Positions 28,949 through 38,896 of a stretch of DNA of 55,909 nucleotides are shown one piece after another. The notes below the pieces were generated by a model that was given only the letters and a program-made list of their open reading frames with translations, made no database searches and was not told the origin of the DNA. The number at the start of each line of letters is the position of its first letter. Positions within the stretch are counted from its first letter, which is position 1. The position numbers and the translations under genes were made by a program. The DNA lies in IMG/VR virus record IMGVR_UViG_3300042898_004255, positions 1-55,909 of that record; one strand, written 5' to 3'. Source of the stretch: a virus. Its lineage: Duplodnaviria; Caudoviricetes.

Positions 28949-29019
28949 TCTTTTTTGGTTTGATAAGTCAAATATAACAAAAAATATTATGAAAAACAAA
29001 AAAAAATAAATGTTTTTTT

Positions 29020-29150
29020 AAAAAAAAAGAGCCCCGATGGGGATCGGGGCTCTTGAGGTCATTTGTGGGTTCAATACCACGACTTAAAACGAAAGGATAT
29101 CGACAAAAATTCCTTTAAATATGAAAATAAATTCAATTTAAATATAAATA
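29020..29150 (-). ncRNA. Structured element 3 in clpC 3' region, ending in strong terminator
   Basis: Minus-strand TATTTATA (29150-29143), aaagga/tccttt and gtc.gtgg/ccac.gac stems, gagccccgat/atcggggctc hairpin + T-run. Confidence 0.45.
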
Positions 29151-29189
29151 TATATAATTTTACCAAAAACCAAAATATTTATACAATTT

Positions 29190-31196
29190 TTAAAAAATTT
29201 TCATATGTTCATCTTCAAATTTCAAATTTATAACTTGATTTTCTTTTATATTACCTTTTAAAATTTCGTCAGACAAGAAATCTTCACATAAATTTTGAAT
29301 TATTCTTTTAACGGGACGAGCACCATATTCTTCCATGGTGTTAAGTTTTTCAATTTCATTAAGAACACTTTCATCAAAAGATATTTTATAATTTTTAACA
29401 GAAAGTCTATTCTCAAGTTTTTTAAGTTCAATTTCAATTATCTTTTTAATATCTTCTTTATTTAAGGTATTAAATAATACAATATCATCGATACGATTTA
29501 AAAACTCAGGATTAAATTGTTGTTTTAGAGATTTTTCAACAATAGATTTTTTAATTTGTTCTTTTTGACTTTCACTTGATGATGTAACGAATCCCAATCC
29601 TCCACCAAATTCAGATACTTTTTTGGCACCAACATTTGATGTCATAATTATTATGGTATTAGTAAAATTAACTTTTCTACCAAAAGAATCCGTAAGGTGA
29701 CCTTCATCCATTATTTGAAGAAGAATATTATAAACATCTTTATGTGCCTTTTCTATTTCATCGAATAAAATAACAGAAAAAGGATTGTTTTTAATTTTTT
29801 CTGTTAGTTGTCCACCTTCATCATGTCCAACATACCCTGGAGGTGAACCAATCAAACGAGAAAGATTGTGTTTTTCCATATATTCACTCATATCGACACG
29901 AATCATTTTATTTGAATCACCAAATATTAGTTCTGCGATAGTTTTTGCTAAATATGTTTTACCAACACCAGTTGAACCGATAAAAATAAAAGAACCTATT
30001 GGTCTATTATTTTCTTTAATACCTACTCTATTTCTTCTTATTGACCTAGATATTATTGAAATAGCATCTTTCTGACCAATTATCTTAGATGATAAATTTT
30101 CTTCTAATTTAATTAATTTTTCAGTTTCATTACTATCTAGTTTACTTATAGGTACTCCGGTCATATCTGATACCATTTGATACACATCATCTACTGTAAT
30201 AGGTATTAGACTATCTTTTTGTTTTTCAGACCATTTATTCTTTTCATCTTCAAGTTTAAGTAAAATCTTTCTTTCTTCATCTCTAAGTCTAGCTGCTTGT
30301 TCATAATCCTGTGTTTTTACCACCAATATTTTACTCTCCTTTATTTTTTCAGATTCTTTCTTTAAGTTTTCAATTATATCAGGGATTTTAATATTTGTTT
30401 TTTTATTTGACCCTAATTCATCTAAAACATCAATAGCCTTATCCGGAAATTGTCTATCTGTAATGTATTGTGATGATAAATTTACAATTGTTTCTATAAC
30501 ATCATCACCGTATTTGACTTTATGAAAATCTTGATACACATCTTTTAAGTTTCTCAGTATTAATACTGTCTCATCTTTAGTTGGTTCCTTTAATGTTATT
30601 TTTTGGAATCTTCTAACCAACGCAGAATCTTTTTCTATGTGTTTTTTATACTCATCAAAAGTTGTTGCACCAATACATTGTATTTCACCACGAGCGAGTG
30701 CGGGTTTCAGAATATTTGCAGCATCCATAGATCCACTAGCATTACCAGCACCAACCATTGTGTGTAACTCGTCAATAAAGATAATAATGTTTGGTTCGTT
30801 TTGTAATTCATTTAAAATCGCCTTTATTCTTTCTTCAAACTGTCCCCGATATTTTGTACCGGCAACTAAGGAAGTTAAATCTAATGATAAAATTCTTTTA
30901 TCGATTAAATTAGATGGACAATCTCCTTTAACAATTAATAATGCTAATTTTTCAACTAATACTGATTTACCCACACCAGAATCTCCAACAATGATTACAT
31001 TATTTTTTTTCTTTCTAGAAATAATCTGTGCGATTCTTCTAACTTCAGTATCTCTACCAATAACAGGGTCTATTTTCCCTTCTTCAGCCAATCTATTTAA
31101 ATCTCTAGAGAAATTATCTAAAATTGGTGTCCTAGAACCTTTTTTTCCTTTTTTAAAGGATGTTTGTTGACTTTCGTCGAAATAATCTACTGACAT
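29190..31196 (-). CDS. clpC: ClpC-type AAA+ chaperone lacking the N-terminal domain
   Basis: Two NBDs (GDSGVGKS, GSTGVGKT), GTKYRGQFEER, UVR-type M domain (QDYEQAARLRD), LGF ClpP-docking loop; starts directly at TPILDNF. Confidence 0.9.
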   Translation of the reverse strand: MSVDYFDESQQTSFKKGKKGSRTPILDNFSRDLNRLAEEGKIDPVIGRDTEVRRIAQIISRKKKNNVIIVGDSGVGKSVLVEKLALLIVKGDCPSNLIDKRILSLDLTSLVAGTKYRGQFEERIKAILNELQNEPNIIIFIDELHTMVGAGNASGSMDAANILKPALARGEIQCIGATTFDEYKKHIEKDSALVRRFQKITLKEPTKDETVLILRNLKDVYQDFHKVKYGDDVIETIVNLSSQYITDRQFPDKAIDVLDELGSNKKTNIKIPDIIENLKKESEKIKESKILVVKTQDYEQAARLRDEERKILLKLEDEKNKWSEKQKDSLIPITVDDVYQMVSDMTGVPISKLDSNETEKLIKLEENLSSKIIGQKDAISIISRSIRRNRVGIKENNRPIGSFIFIGSTGVGKTYLAKTIAELIFGDSNKMIRVDMSEYMEKHNLSRLIGSPPGYVGHDEGGQLTEKIKNNPFSVILFDEIEKAHKDVYNILLQIMDEGHLTDSFGRKVNFTNTIIIMTSNVGAKKVSEFGGGLGFVTSSSESQKEQIKKSIVEKSLKQQFNPEFLNRIDDIVLFNTLNKEDIKKIIEIELKKLENRLSVKNYKISFDESVLNEIEKLNTMEEYGARPVKRIIQNLCEDFLSDEILKGNIKENQVINLKFEDEHMKIF

Positions 31197-31346
31197 TTTG
31201 TTTTCGTTTTAATGAAATATAAGAAAAAAGATTTTAAAAGACAAATATATGACTTTTTTTCAGTTTTTTAAAAAAAAACAGACTTTTTGTCTTTTTTTTT
31301 GTTTGGGAATATTATTTGAAGCAAAGGTATAAAAAAAAATATAATT

Positions 31347-31715
31347 ATGTTAACGATTTACAAAGACCCATTAAGAAATGTATTAGATACATTTTTTGAA
31401 AAAGAACCATCAAGAAATAACTCGGTTAAATTCCTTGAAAAGGACGATAAGTATTTCATATACCTTACAGTTCCTGGTTTAACTAAAGAAGATTTAACTA
31501 TTTCGGTTAAAGAAGAGTTATTAACTATTTCTTATAAGAAAGAAGAAAAAGATGATGATAATTTCATTTTTTTAAATTCTTTTAAGAAATCATATCTAAT
31601 ACCTAATGACATTTCTGAAAAAGATATTGGAGGAAGTGTTAAAAACGGAATTTTAGAGATTATTCTCCCGAAATCTAAAGAAAAAATTAAAGAAAGAATT
31701 ATATCTTTAAAATAG
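31347..31715 (+). CDS. Hsp20/alpha-crystallin small heat-shock protein
   Basis: VPGLTKEDL.I, F.KSY.IP, NGILEIILPK. Confidence 0.9.
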   Translation: MLTIYKDPLRNVLDTFFEKEPSRNNSVKFLEKDDKYFIYLTVPGLTKEDLTISVKEELLTISYKKEEKDDDNFIFLNSFKKSYLIPNDISEKDIGGSVKNGILEIILPKSKEKIKERIISLK

Positions 31716-31717
31716 AA

Positions 31718-31742
31718 TAAAACCCCACAATTGTGGGGTTTT
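31718..31742 (+). terminator. Intrinsic terminator
   Basis: aaaaccccacaattgtggggtttt perfect palindrome. Confidence 0.8.
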
Positions 31743-31773
31743 ATCGTTTTGTTAATATTTATAAGTAAAAAAA

Positions 31774-31962
31774 ATGAGAAGAATTATTCAAATAACCGAG
31801 AGTCAACTAAAAAATGTCATTTTACAACAATTAAGTCAAAGTGGGGTAAAAGGTTTATATAAAGAAAGACATGAAAAAAAACTTCCCAAAAATGAGGTTA
31901 ATGAATCACTATACTCAGTTTTTAGAGATATAAAACAAAGTAGAAAAAAATATCGTTATTAA
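31774..31962 (+). CDS. ITESQL-tagged small protein
   Basis: MRRIIQITESQL; VNESLYSVFRDIK is similar to VNESLSSVLKDIK in 34486..35433. Confidence 0.6.
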   Translation: MRRIIQITESQLKNVILQQLSQSGVKGLYKERHEKKLPKNEVNESLYSVFRDIKQSRKKYRY

Positions 31963-31973
31963 AAATAAAAAAT

Positions 31974-32219
31974 ATGGCTATATTATCTGAAAAAATTGAA
32001 GGTAAAGTGATTGAAGTTAAAATTCAATCATCTAATATTAAATCATCAAAGTATAATACTGAAGATAAAACATTGTTAATAGAATTCAATAATGATTCCG
32101 TTTATCAATATAATGAAGTTCCGTGGGAAATATTTACAAAATTAAGGATGGCGGAATCACAAGGAAAATATTTTAACTCAAATATTTCCAAAAAATATAA
32201 GTACGAAAAAATAAAATGA
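31974..32219 (+). CDS. KTSC domain protein
   Basis: SSNIKS..YN....L.IEF....YQY.EVP....L..AESQGKYFN. Confidence 0.9.
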   Translation: MAILSEKIEGKVIEVKIQSSNIKSSKYNTEDKTLLIEFNNDSVYQYNEVPWEIFTKLRMAESQGKYFNSNISKKYKYEKIK

Positions 32220-32995
32220 ATATATTAAAAGAACTTATAGAAGATCTAAATAAGGATAAAGAAATAATGAAATCTTTTAACAAGAAAGATTCTTTACCTA
32301 TTGAGTTATTCGATAAAATAGGTAATTCTTTTAAATTAAAAAGTGACATTAGAGAAAAATTATTAGAAATAACAAATTCATTCTTAGATTTTATAAAAAT
32401 TGATTTTTTTATTTTCGATGTTCATTTAACAGGTTCACTAGCTAATTACAATTGGTCAAAATATTCTGATGTTGATATACATATAATATACGATATAAAT
32501 GAATTTATGTCAAACGACGAGGAATCCAAAATTTATGAAGAAATAATTGATGAATTTTTTCAAAGTAAAAAGAAATATTGGAACTTAACAAGGAATATAA
32601 AAATAAAAGGTTACGATGTTGAATTATATGTTCAAGATATTAATCAAAAATTTTTATCAACAGGTGTTTACTCCGTTTTAAACGATGAATGGGTTATTGA
32701 ACCAGAAAAATTAAAAACACCATTTAATATAGACGAAAAAAAGATTTTACAGAAGAGTAATGAATTCGCTAAACAAATTGACTCATTAATTAACTCTTCA
32801 GATAAAGATGTTATAAAACAAATAGATAACATTAAAACTAAATTAAAAAAATTTAGACAAAGTGGATTAGAACAAGGAGGGGAATATTCTTATGAAAACC
32901 TCACATTTAAATTATTAAGAAGAAATGGTTATATAGAAAAATTAATGGCTTTAAGATCGAAAGTACTTGATAAAGAATTATCTATAAGACAGTAA
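32216..32995 (+). CDS. Pol-beta-fold nucleotidyltransferase
   Basis: LTGSLANYNWSKYSDVDIH (GS..DxD) and third acid VELYVQD. Confidence 0.8.
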   Translation: MNILKELIEDLNKDKEIMKSFNKKDSLPIELFDKIGNSFKLKSDIREKLLEITNSFLDFIKIDFFIFDVHLTGSLANYNWSKYSDVDIHIIYDINEFMSNDEESKIYEEIIDEFFQSKKKYWNLTRNIKIKGYDVELYVQDINQKFLSTGVYSVLNDEWVIEPEKLKTPFNIDEKKILQKSNEFAKQIDSLINSSDKDVIKQIDNIKTKLKKFRQSGLEQGGEYSYENLTFKLLRRNGYIEKLMALRSKVLDKELSIRQ

Positions 32996-33063
32996 AAAAC
33001 CATCTTTTTTCCATTTATAAGTATATTTATAATAAATAATAATAAATTTACAATATTAAAAAT

Positions 33064-34092
33064 ATGGCAGAATTAAACCCATTAGGTAGTGAAAAATTAC
33101 AAGGAGATGAAAAATTAAGGCGTATCCTTGAATTAACTTACTACGGTAATAACAACAAACCTAACCAAAAATCTAAGTCAGAATTTATATCTGAAGCAAC
33201 CTCAAATGGTGTTTATGGTATAGTTAAAGAAAAAGATGGTTATTACGTAAAAAAAGGTCTAAATGAAAGTTCTTTAGATTATATTGGTGGATTATTTATG
33301 AAAAATAAAAATAGATTTTCATCATACGCAGAAGCATTAAAAAGATTACAATTAATAAATGGTCAAGATATACAAGAAGCAACAAAGTATGTTTTAAAAC
33401 AAAATTCAACACAAAAAAATGTTGACGCTCCTGTTCAAGAAAATCCATTACCATCAGACATGCCATCAGAAATGCCAGCAGAAATGCCGACGGATATGCC
33501 AGCAGAAATGCCAACAGATATGCCCACGGATATGCCAGCAGAAATGCCAACAGATATGCCAACAGAAGAACCTTCTAGTGGCAGTGGTTCTAAACCTTCA
33601 GACTATATGTCTGAAATACAGAAATTTGCGGGTAAACTTGGTCAAGAATTAAGGGACCAAAAAGAAGAAATGGAAAGTGATGACATCAAGTATGTTTTAA
33701 ATATGATTATTTCTGCAGTAAATCTAGATAAATTAGAAGATGATGATATAGAAGAAATCTCAGATAAATTTAATAGAGATGAGGATTATTCACCAGAGTC
33801 TCCAGAAGATGAATCAGAGTTTCCTGAAGAAGAACCAGACTCACCTGAACAAGGATCAGAGTTTCCTGAAGAAGAACCAGACTCACCTGAAGATGAAGAA
33901 TTAAGTGAGACAATGGATAAATTAGAAAGGTTTGTAAATACACCTGCGGTGACAGATGAAGAAATTGATTTATCATCATATGCGGACATTGCAGAAGACG
34001 ACGATGTAACTCACGAAATTGATTTTGATAGAATGAAAAAAGATATTAATGATAGTATTCATACAACACTAAACAAATATTTTAGAAAATGA
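33064..34092 (+). CDS. Acidic low-complexity protein, probably head-associated
   Basis: EKLRRILEL N-terminal helix; MPxE and PEEEPDSPE repeats; TATTTATA at 33024. Confidence 0.65.
   Translation: MAELNPLGSEKLQGDEKLRRILELTYYGNNNKPNQKSKSEFISEATSNGVYGIVKEKDGYYVKKGLNESSLDYIGGLFMKNKNRFSSYAEALKRLQLINGQDIQEATKYVLKQNSTQKNVDAPVQENPLPSDMPSEMPAEMPTDMPAEMPTDMPTDMPAEMPTDMPTEEPSSGSGSKPSDYMSEIQKFAGKLGQELRDQKEEMESDDIKYVLNMIISAVNLDKLEDDDIEEISDKFNRDEDYSPESPEDESEFPEEEPDSPEQGSEFPEEEPDSPEDEELSETMDKLERFVNTPAVTDEEIDLSSYADIAEDDDVTHEIDFDRMKKDINDSIHTTLNKYFRK
33455..33565 (+). repeat. 12-bp coding repeats (MP[AST][ED])
   Basis: atgccagcagaa / atgccaacagat series. Confidence 0.85.
33812..33890 (+). repeat. 42-bp coding duplication (SEFPEEEPDSPE)
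   Basis: atcagagtttcctgaagaagaaccagactcacctgaa twice. Confidence 0.85.
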
Positions 34093-34499
34093 AACTAATT
34101 TATGTTAATGAGATTGGATTAGACTATAAGGGTCAAAAACAATATGAATTCATTTTTAGTGAAACTGAAGAGTTTGATATGGATGAATGGTTTGATACCC
34201 CTGCGTCTTCAACAAGTACAAATAAATCACCAGATGTTGAATATATTAACATTATTAGTCTTCTTAAAGATACTGATTTAGTTTTAGAATTAATACAAAA
34301 TTCAGATTACTTTGGTATTATTGATTCAGTAGATGGTGTTGTGGCTATGGCTTGGGAAAAAACAAATTTAGAATCTGACATTGAAAGGTTATTTTTTAGA
34401 TTTGGTGAGTCAATAGAATCTGTAACAAAAAAAATAAAAAGTAGAGGTTATAAATTAGAAAACAAAAATTTAAAATTTAATAAACATGAAGAGAATTAA
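34089..34499 (+). CDS. Hypothetical protein
   Basis: 136-aa ORF in the pre-terminase operon. Confidence 0.65.
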   Translation: MKLIYVNEIGLDYKGQKQYEFIFSETEEFDMDEWFDTPASSTSTNKSPDVEYINIISLLKDTDLVLELIQNSDYFGIIDSVDGVVAMAWEKTNLESDIERLFFRFGESIESVTKKIKSRGYKLENKNLKFNKHEEN

Positions 34500-35433
34500 C
34501 GCAATAAAAAAACTTTTACGTGAAGGATATACAGAAAGATTATTATCTAATTTAGATGATAATAAAATTACAAATTTATATCGTGCCGTAATGAGTGAAC
34601 AACAATCTGAAGCTAAGGTGAGTATGTCAAAAAGTAATTTTGACCCTAGAATCGCACAACAATTAACAAAAAGTGGTGTTGGTGTTGAATTAAAAGAAAA
34701 AAATCATGAAGATAATGATAATGAAATTATAAGTTTCAGTATACCAGATTGGGCAGTATCAACACTTATCAATGGTGATTCTTCAGGACTATCAGACGAA
34801 GATGAAGAAAAGATAAATTCATTTGTTGATGAGATAGAATCTAAATTTGGTAATGCTAATTTTATGTTATCTGACGATGATGAATTAGAATTAGGATTTT
34901 GTTATAGAAATGATATAGATAATTTAGGTAGTAATTGTATGAAACTTTTATTAAAACCTAGTAAAAATGTAAACGAATCATTGTCGTCAGTGTTAAAAGA
35001 TATAAAAAGAAAAAGGAATTTATTTGAAAATAAATATTTTCATAATTTTACAACCAAAGGTGAAATTGTTAGTTTGATTAAAAGTAAATTAAATGAACAA
35101 GATACCATGGAAAAAATTAAGTTACCATCATTTTTTACATCAAAAGCAATAAAAAATAGCACTAAACAAAAACAAGTAGAAGAAGATACAGAAAAAGAAA
35201 CTACAACAAAACCAAGAGAAAAAGAAAAGGAAAAAACTAGAAAAAATCCATATAAAACTGATCCTAAAACTGACCCAGGTCCACAAGCCAAAGATACAGA
35301 AAAAGAAACTACAACAAAACCAAAGGAAAAGGAAAAGGAAAAAGAAAAGGAAAAAGAAAAGGAAAAAACTAGAAAAAATCCATATAAAACTGATCCTAAA
35401 CATAACCCAGGTCCACAAGCTGAAAAAAGATAA
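34486..35433 (+). CDS. Multi-segment hypothetical protein with duplicated basic tail
   Basis: Internal IPDWAVSTLINGDSSGL domain; tail DTEKETTTKP...RKNPYKTDPK..PGPQA twice. Confidence 0.65.
   Translation: MKRINAIKKLLREGYTERLLSNLDDNKITNLYRAVMSEQQSEAKVSMSKSNFDPRIAQQLTKSGVGVELKEKNHEDNDNEIISFSIPDWAVSTLINGDSSGLSDEDEEKINSFVDEIESKFGNANFMLSDDDELELGFCYRNDIDNLGSNCMKLLLKPSKNVNESLSSVLKDIKRKRNLFENKYFHNFTTKGEIVSLIKSKLNEQDTMEKIKLPSFFTSKAIKNSTKQKQVEEDTEKETTTKPREKEKEKTRKNPYKTDPKTDPGPQAKDTEKETTTKPKEKEKEKEKEKEKEKTRKNPYKTDPKHNPGPQAEKR
35183..35420 (+). repeat. ~108-bp duplication with gaaaag (KE) microsatellite expansion
   Basis: Two copies of agatacagaaaaagaaactacaacaaaacca...ccaggtccacaagc. Confidence 0.85.
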
Positions 35434-35445
35434 AAATTAAAAAAA

Positions 35446-37014
35446 ATGAGATTTTTAAAAAAAGATATATTAAATTTAATCGAACAAACATTATTAGAGA
35501 TGCCAATGACTTTCCCACAAACAATAAGTGTAAGGAGAAAAAATCCAGACTTTGATCCAAACCAAGAAGAAAGTGATAGGAACCCTAAATTTATTGAAAT
35601 TGATGAACCTTTTACAGAAAGACCCGAACAAGGTATTCAATCAAAACTTGCGTCTCAAGATACACCACTTAAAAAAGTACCGATGCCAAGAGGTACTACA
35701 AATCAAAATTTTCAAGAATTATTGGCGTCTGAAACTTATAAAAATGTGATTACACGTGTAAAACAAACCACCGGTTCAAATTCAAGAAATTTAATTGGTC
35801 AAATGTTTGATGCTATCAAACAAATTGATGAATTTGAAGAAAATCATAAAAAAGAGTTAGAAAAATTAGCGGCCGAAAGTGTTTTTGAAATATATAAAAT
35901 ACCTAAAAATTCGGTTAATATATTTGTAAAATTAGTTTCATATTCAGACAGACTAAAAGGACAAAAAATTCAAAGTGATGATTTTTTACATAAAATGGAT
36001 AATCAAAATCCTGATAGTCCTGATATGGAGGATGAAGTGGCTGACTATATTAATATTGACGACGAAGGTGTTGATGTGGAAGAAGATTATGTTGATAAAT
36101 TAGAAAATTTTAATTTAGAAAAAGCTAAAAGAAGATTAATAAATGCAATGACACAAGGTTCAGCTCATTCAGCGTATAATCTCTATCATTTTGTTGCAAA
36201 TAAAATTAAGAATATAGTTGGTACAACTTATAATGGAAAAGATGTAATGGAAATTTACGCTCTTATGATGTCAATAAATGATAGTAATTATTGGCATTTA
36301 AGTGATAATCAGATAATAAGTGCTCAAGGATCAATAGCCGGAAAAGCTGATGTTAAATTTCCTAATTCTTCAGATGATGATGAAGAATATGGTGGAGACA
36401 ATGATGAAGACGATGATAATGATAATGAAAATCAAAGAGACACATTAGGAAACCCTGTTGATTTATCAAAAACACAAGTACATATACATGGAATGAATTT
36501 CCCTGTTCTATTTCATGAAGTAATTAAAGGAATGGAAAAGGTTAAATCAGGTGCTGGTTTAACATTTAAAGGTTTTAATCCTAAAAATCGTAAACATAAG
36601 AATTTTGTTGACCTGATAAAAAAATATGAAGATGTCATGGAGTATGAAATGTGGGATTTACGTTTAGGTCCTGCAATATGGGAAAGATTTAGGATGGCGA
36701 ATCCTGAAAGAGTGATAAACCCTGAAGAAAAAATTGAATTGCAAGCGTTTGTACAAATGTACGTTTATGAGTTACCTGCTCGTAAATTTTTATGTTTAAT
36801 GAAAGAAGTTATGGAAGGTACTGATAGGGTCAAATCAATAGTGTCTTCATTAGTCACCTCAATTGAACAAATGTTGGAAGAAGAAGCTTATGAAGACGCG
36901 TTAGCGGAATTTAATAATGAAATAGATGACATAGATGAAGAAATAACAAACGATGAATTAAATAACTTTTTAGGTGATATTCCTGGTGTAAGATTATCAG
37001 ATGATGATTATTGA
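35446..37014 (+). CDS. Conserved hypothetical phage protein upstream of terminase
   Basis: 522 aa; KRRLINAMTQG, FPVLFHEVIKG, WDLRLGP motifs. Confidence 0.7.
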   Translation: MRFLKKDILNLIEQTLLEMPMTFPQTISVRRKNPDFDPNQEESDRNPKFIEIDEPFTERPEQGIQSKLASQDTPLKKVPMPRGTTNQNFQELLASETYKNVITRVKQTTGSNSRNLIGQMFDAIKQIDEFEENHKKELEKLAAESVFEIYKIPKNSVNIFVKLVSYSDRLKGQKIQSDDFLHKMDNQNPDSPDMEDEVADYINIDDEGVDVEEDYVDKLENFNLEKAKRRLINAMTQGSAHSAYNLYHFVANKIKNIVGTTYNGKDVMEIYALMMSINDSNYWHLSDNQIISAQGSIAGKADVKFPNSSDDDEEYGGDNDEDDDNDNENQRDTLGNPVDLSKTQVHIHGMNFPVLFHEVIKGMEKVKSGAGLTFKGFNPKNRKHKNFVDLIKKYEDVMEYEMWDLRLGPAIWERFRMANPERVINPEEKIELQAFVQMYVYELPARKFLCLMKEVMEGTDRVKSIVSSLVTSIEQMLEEEAYEDALAEFNNEIDDIDEEITNDELNNFLGDIPGVRLSDDDY

Positions 37015-37026
37015 AAATAAAAAATA

Positions 37027-37055
37027 TAAAAGGTGGTTTTTTACCACCTTTTTTT
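37027..37055 (+). terminator. Intrinsic terminator before terminase
   Basis: aaaaggtggt/accacctttt hairpin + T-run. Confidence 0.75.
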
Positions 37056-37067
37056 ATAATTAAAAAT

Positions 37068-38840
37068 ATGGATGATAAAATAATACAATTAAGAGAATAT
37101 GCTCGTATATTAAAAGACGCACCTTACGCATTAAGAACATATCTAACAACATATGATAATACACAAAAAAAATATGTACCATTAGATTTATTCCCTGACC
37201 AAATTCAATTAATTAAAGATTACGAGTTATATAATGAAAATATAACAAGAAAATATAGACAAGCCGGAGTAACTACAGTTACCGCAGCTTGGGTTTCTAG
37301 AAGATTACAAATAGCAAAACCAGAAAATCCCGAAAGAGTATTAGTTATTGCAAATAAAAGAGACACCGCAATTGAAATGGCAAATAAAATTCGACATTTT
37401 ATTGACCAATGGCCGGATTGGATTAATGTTGGGTTTTCAGTAGATAAAAATTCTGAAAGTAGATTTAGGTTAAATAATGGTTGTGAAGTTAAAGCGGTAG
37501 CAACCTCAGCGGACGCATTACGTGGTTATACTCCAACTATACTTATTTTTGATGAGGCGGCATATATCGAAGCTGGTGATGATTTTTGGGCAGCATCTAT
37601 GGCATCTTTGTCAACAGGAGGAAAAATTATTCTTATTTCAACACCAAATGGTTTTGACCCTATATATCATGGTGTTTATGACCAGTCGATTAGAAAAATG
37701 AATGATTTTCATATAACCGATTTAAGATGGTTTAAAGACCCTCGTTATTCTAAAGATTTAAGATGGGTAAAATGCACAGACATTTGTGATTATATGTTAA
37801 ATAGAGAAAGGTATAATGATGATGAAGTAGTAATGCTTGATTTTGACCCTGAAAAATATAATGATTACATTGAAATGGGATATAAACCATTCTCATCATG
37901 GTTTGAATCGATGTCTAAAAAATTCAAATACGATAGACGTAAAATTTCACAAGAATTAGAATGTGATTTTTTAGGTTCAGGTGATGGTGTAATACCAAGT
38001 GGTGTCCAACAAAACATATCTAAGAATTTAATTAGGGAACCAATAGAAAAATATATGCAAGGTACTTTTTGGCAATGGAAAGAACCTGTTCAGGGTCATA
38101 GATATTTGATGGGTGTTGATGTTAGTCGTGGAGACAGTGAAGATTTTTCATCAATTAACATTATAGATTTTGACGAAAGAGAACAAGTTGCAGAATATAT
38201 TGGGAAAATACCACCAGATGATTTAGCAACTGTTTGTTACAAATGGGGTATATTATATGAAGCGTTTATTGTAATAGATATTACCGGTGGTATGGGAGTT
38301 GCAACTTCAAGAAAATTACAAGAAATGAATTATAAAAATTTATATATTGATGGTATCAATACTAAAAATATATGGGAATATAATCGTAAATCACTTGATA
38401 AAATTCCAGGTATAAACTTTAATAATAAAAGAACTCAAATCGTTGCAGCATTCGAAGAACAACTAAGAAAAGATTTTAAAGTTAGGTCTTCTAGACTTTT
38501 AAACGAGTTAAGTACATTCATATATATAAATGGAAGACCTGATCACATAAAAGGGTATCATGATGATTCTATTATGAGTTTATCAATGGCATTATATGCG
38601 TCAGATATGTGTTTTAATCAATTAGAAAAAAATGAAAACGCAAATAAAGCGATGTTAGAATCTTGGACAGTATCCGAAAGAACATACGAACCAAATAAAA
38701 CATTTTATTCTTATGGTACATCTTTTGATCCTATAGGTTCGATGCAAATAGGTGACGATAGAATTAATCAATTTTTAAATAAACCAACTAAAGATACTTA
38801 TAAAGAGTTTTCTTGGTTATTTAAAAAAAGAAATCAATAA
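37068..38840 (+). CDS. terL: Terminase large subunit (T4 gp17-like)
   Basis: LFPDQ Q-motif, KYRQAGVTT Walker-A-like, LIFDEAA Walker B, ISTPNG, GVDVSRG nuclease, HDD. Confidence 0.95.
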   Translation: MDDKIIQLREYARILKDAPYALRTYLTTYDNTQKKYVPLDLFPDQIQLIKDYELYNENITRKYRQAGVTTVTAAWVSRRLQIAKPENPERVLVIANKRDTAIEMANKIRHFIDQWPDWINVGFSVDKNSESRFRLNNGCEVKAVATSADALRGYTPTILIFDEAAYIEAGDDFWAASMASLSTGGKIILISTPNGFDPIYHGVYDQSIRKMNDFHITDLRWFKDPRYSKDLRWVKCTDICDYMLNRERYNDDEVVMLDFDPEKYNDYIEMGYKPFSSWFESMSKKFKYDRRKISQELECDFLGSGDGVIPSGVQQNISKNLIREPIEKYMQGTFWQWKEPVQGHRYLMGVDVSRGDSEDFSSINIIDFDEREQVAEYIGKIPPDDLATVCYKWGILYEAFIVIDITGGMGVATSRKLQEMNYKNLYIDGINTKNIWEYNRKSLDKIPGINFNNKRTQIVAAFEEQLRKDFKVRSSRLLNELSTFIYINGRPDHIKGYHDDSIMSLSMALYASDMCFNQLEKNENANKAMLESWTVSERTYEPNKTFYSYGTSFDPIGSMQIGDDRINQFLNKPTKDTYKEFSWLFKKRNQ

Positions 38841-38896
38841 GACTATTTATATTAATCTAAAAATTAACTATACTTTAATTAAAACTATTTATATAT

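Noticed and set aside
29060-29085. tRNA gene (gtgggttcaataccac resembles a T-arm)
   Set aside because: No acceptor, D or anticodon arms, and the stem register does not fit a canonical T-arm.
37011-37067. TTG-start N-terminal extension of terminase in the ORF track
   Set aside because: It runs through a terminator hairpin; ATG at 37068 with an A-rich leader is more plausible.
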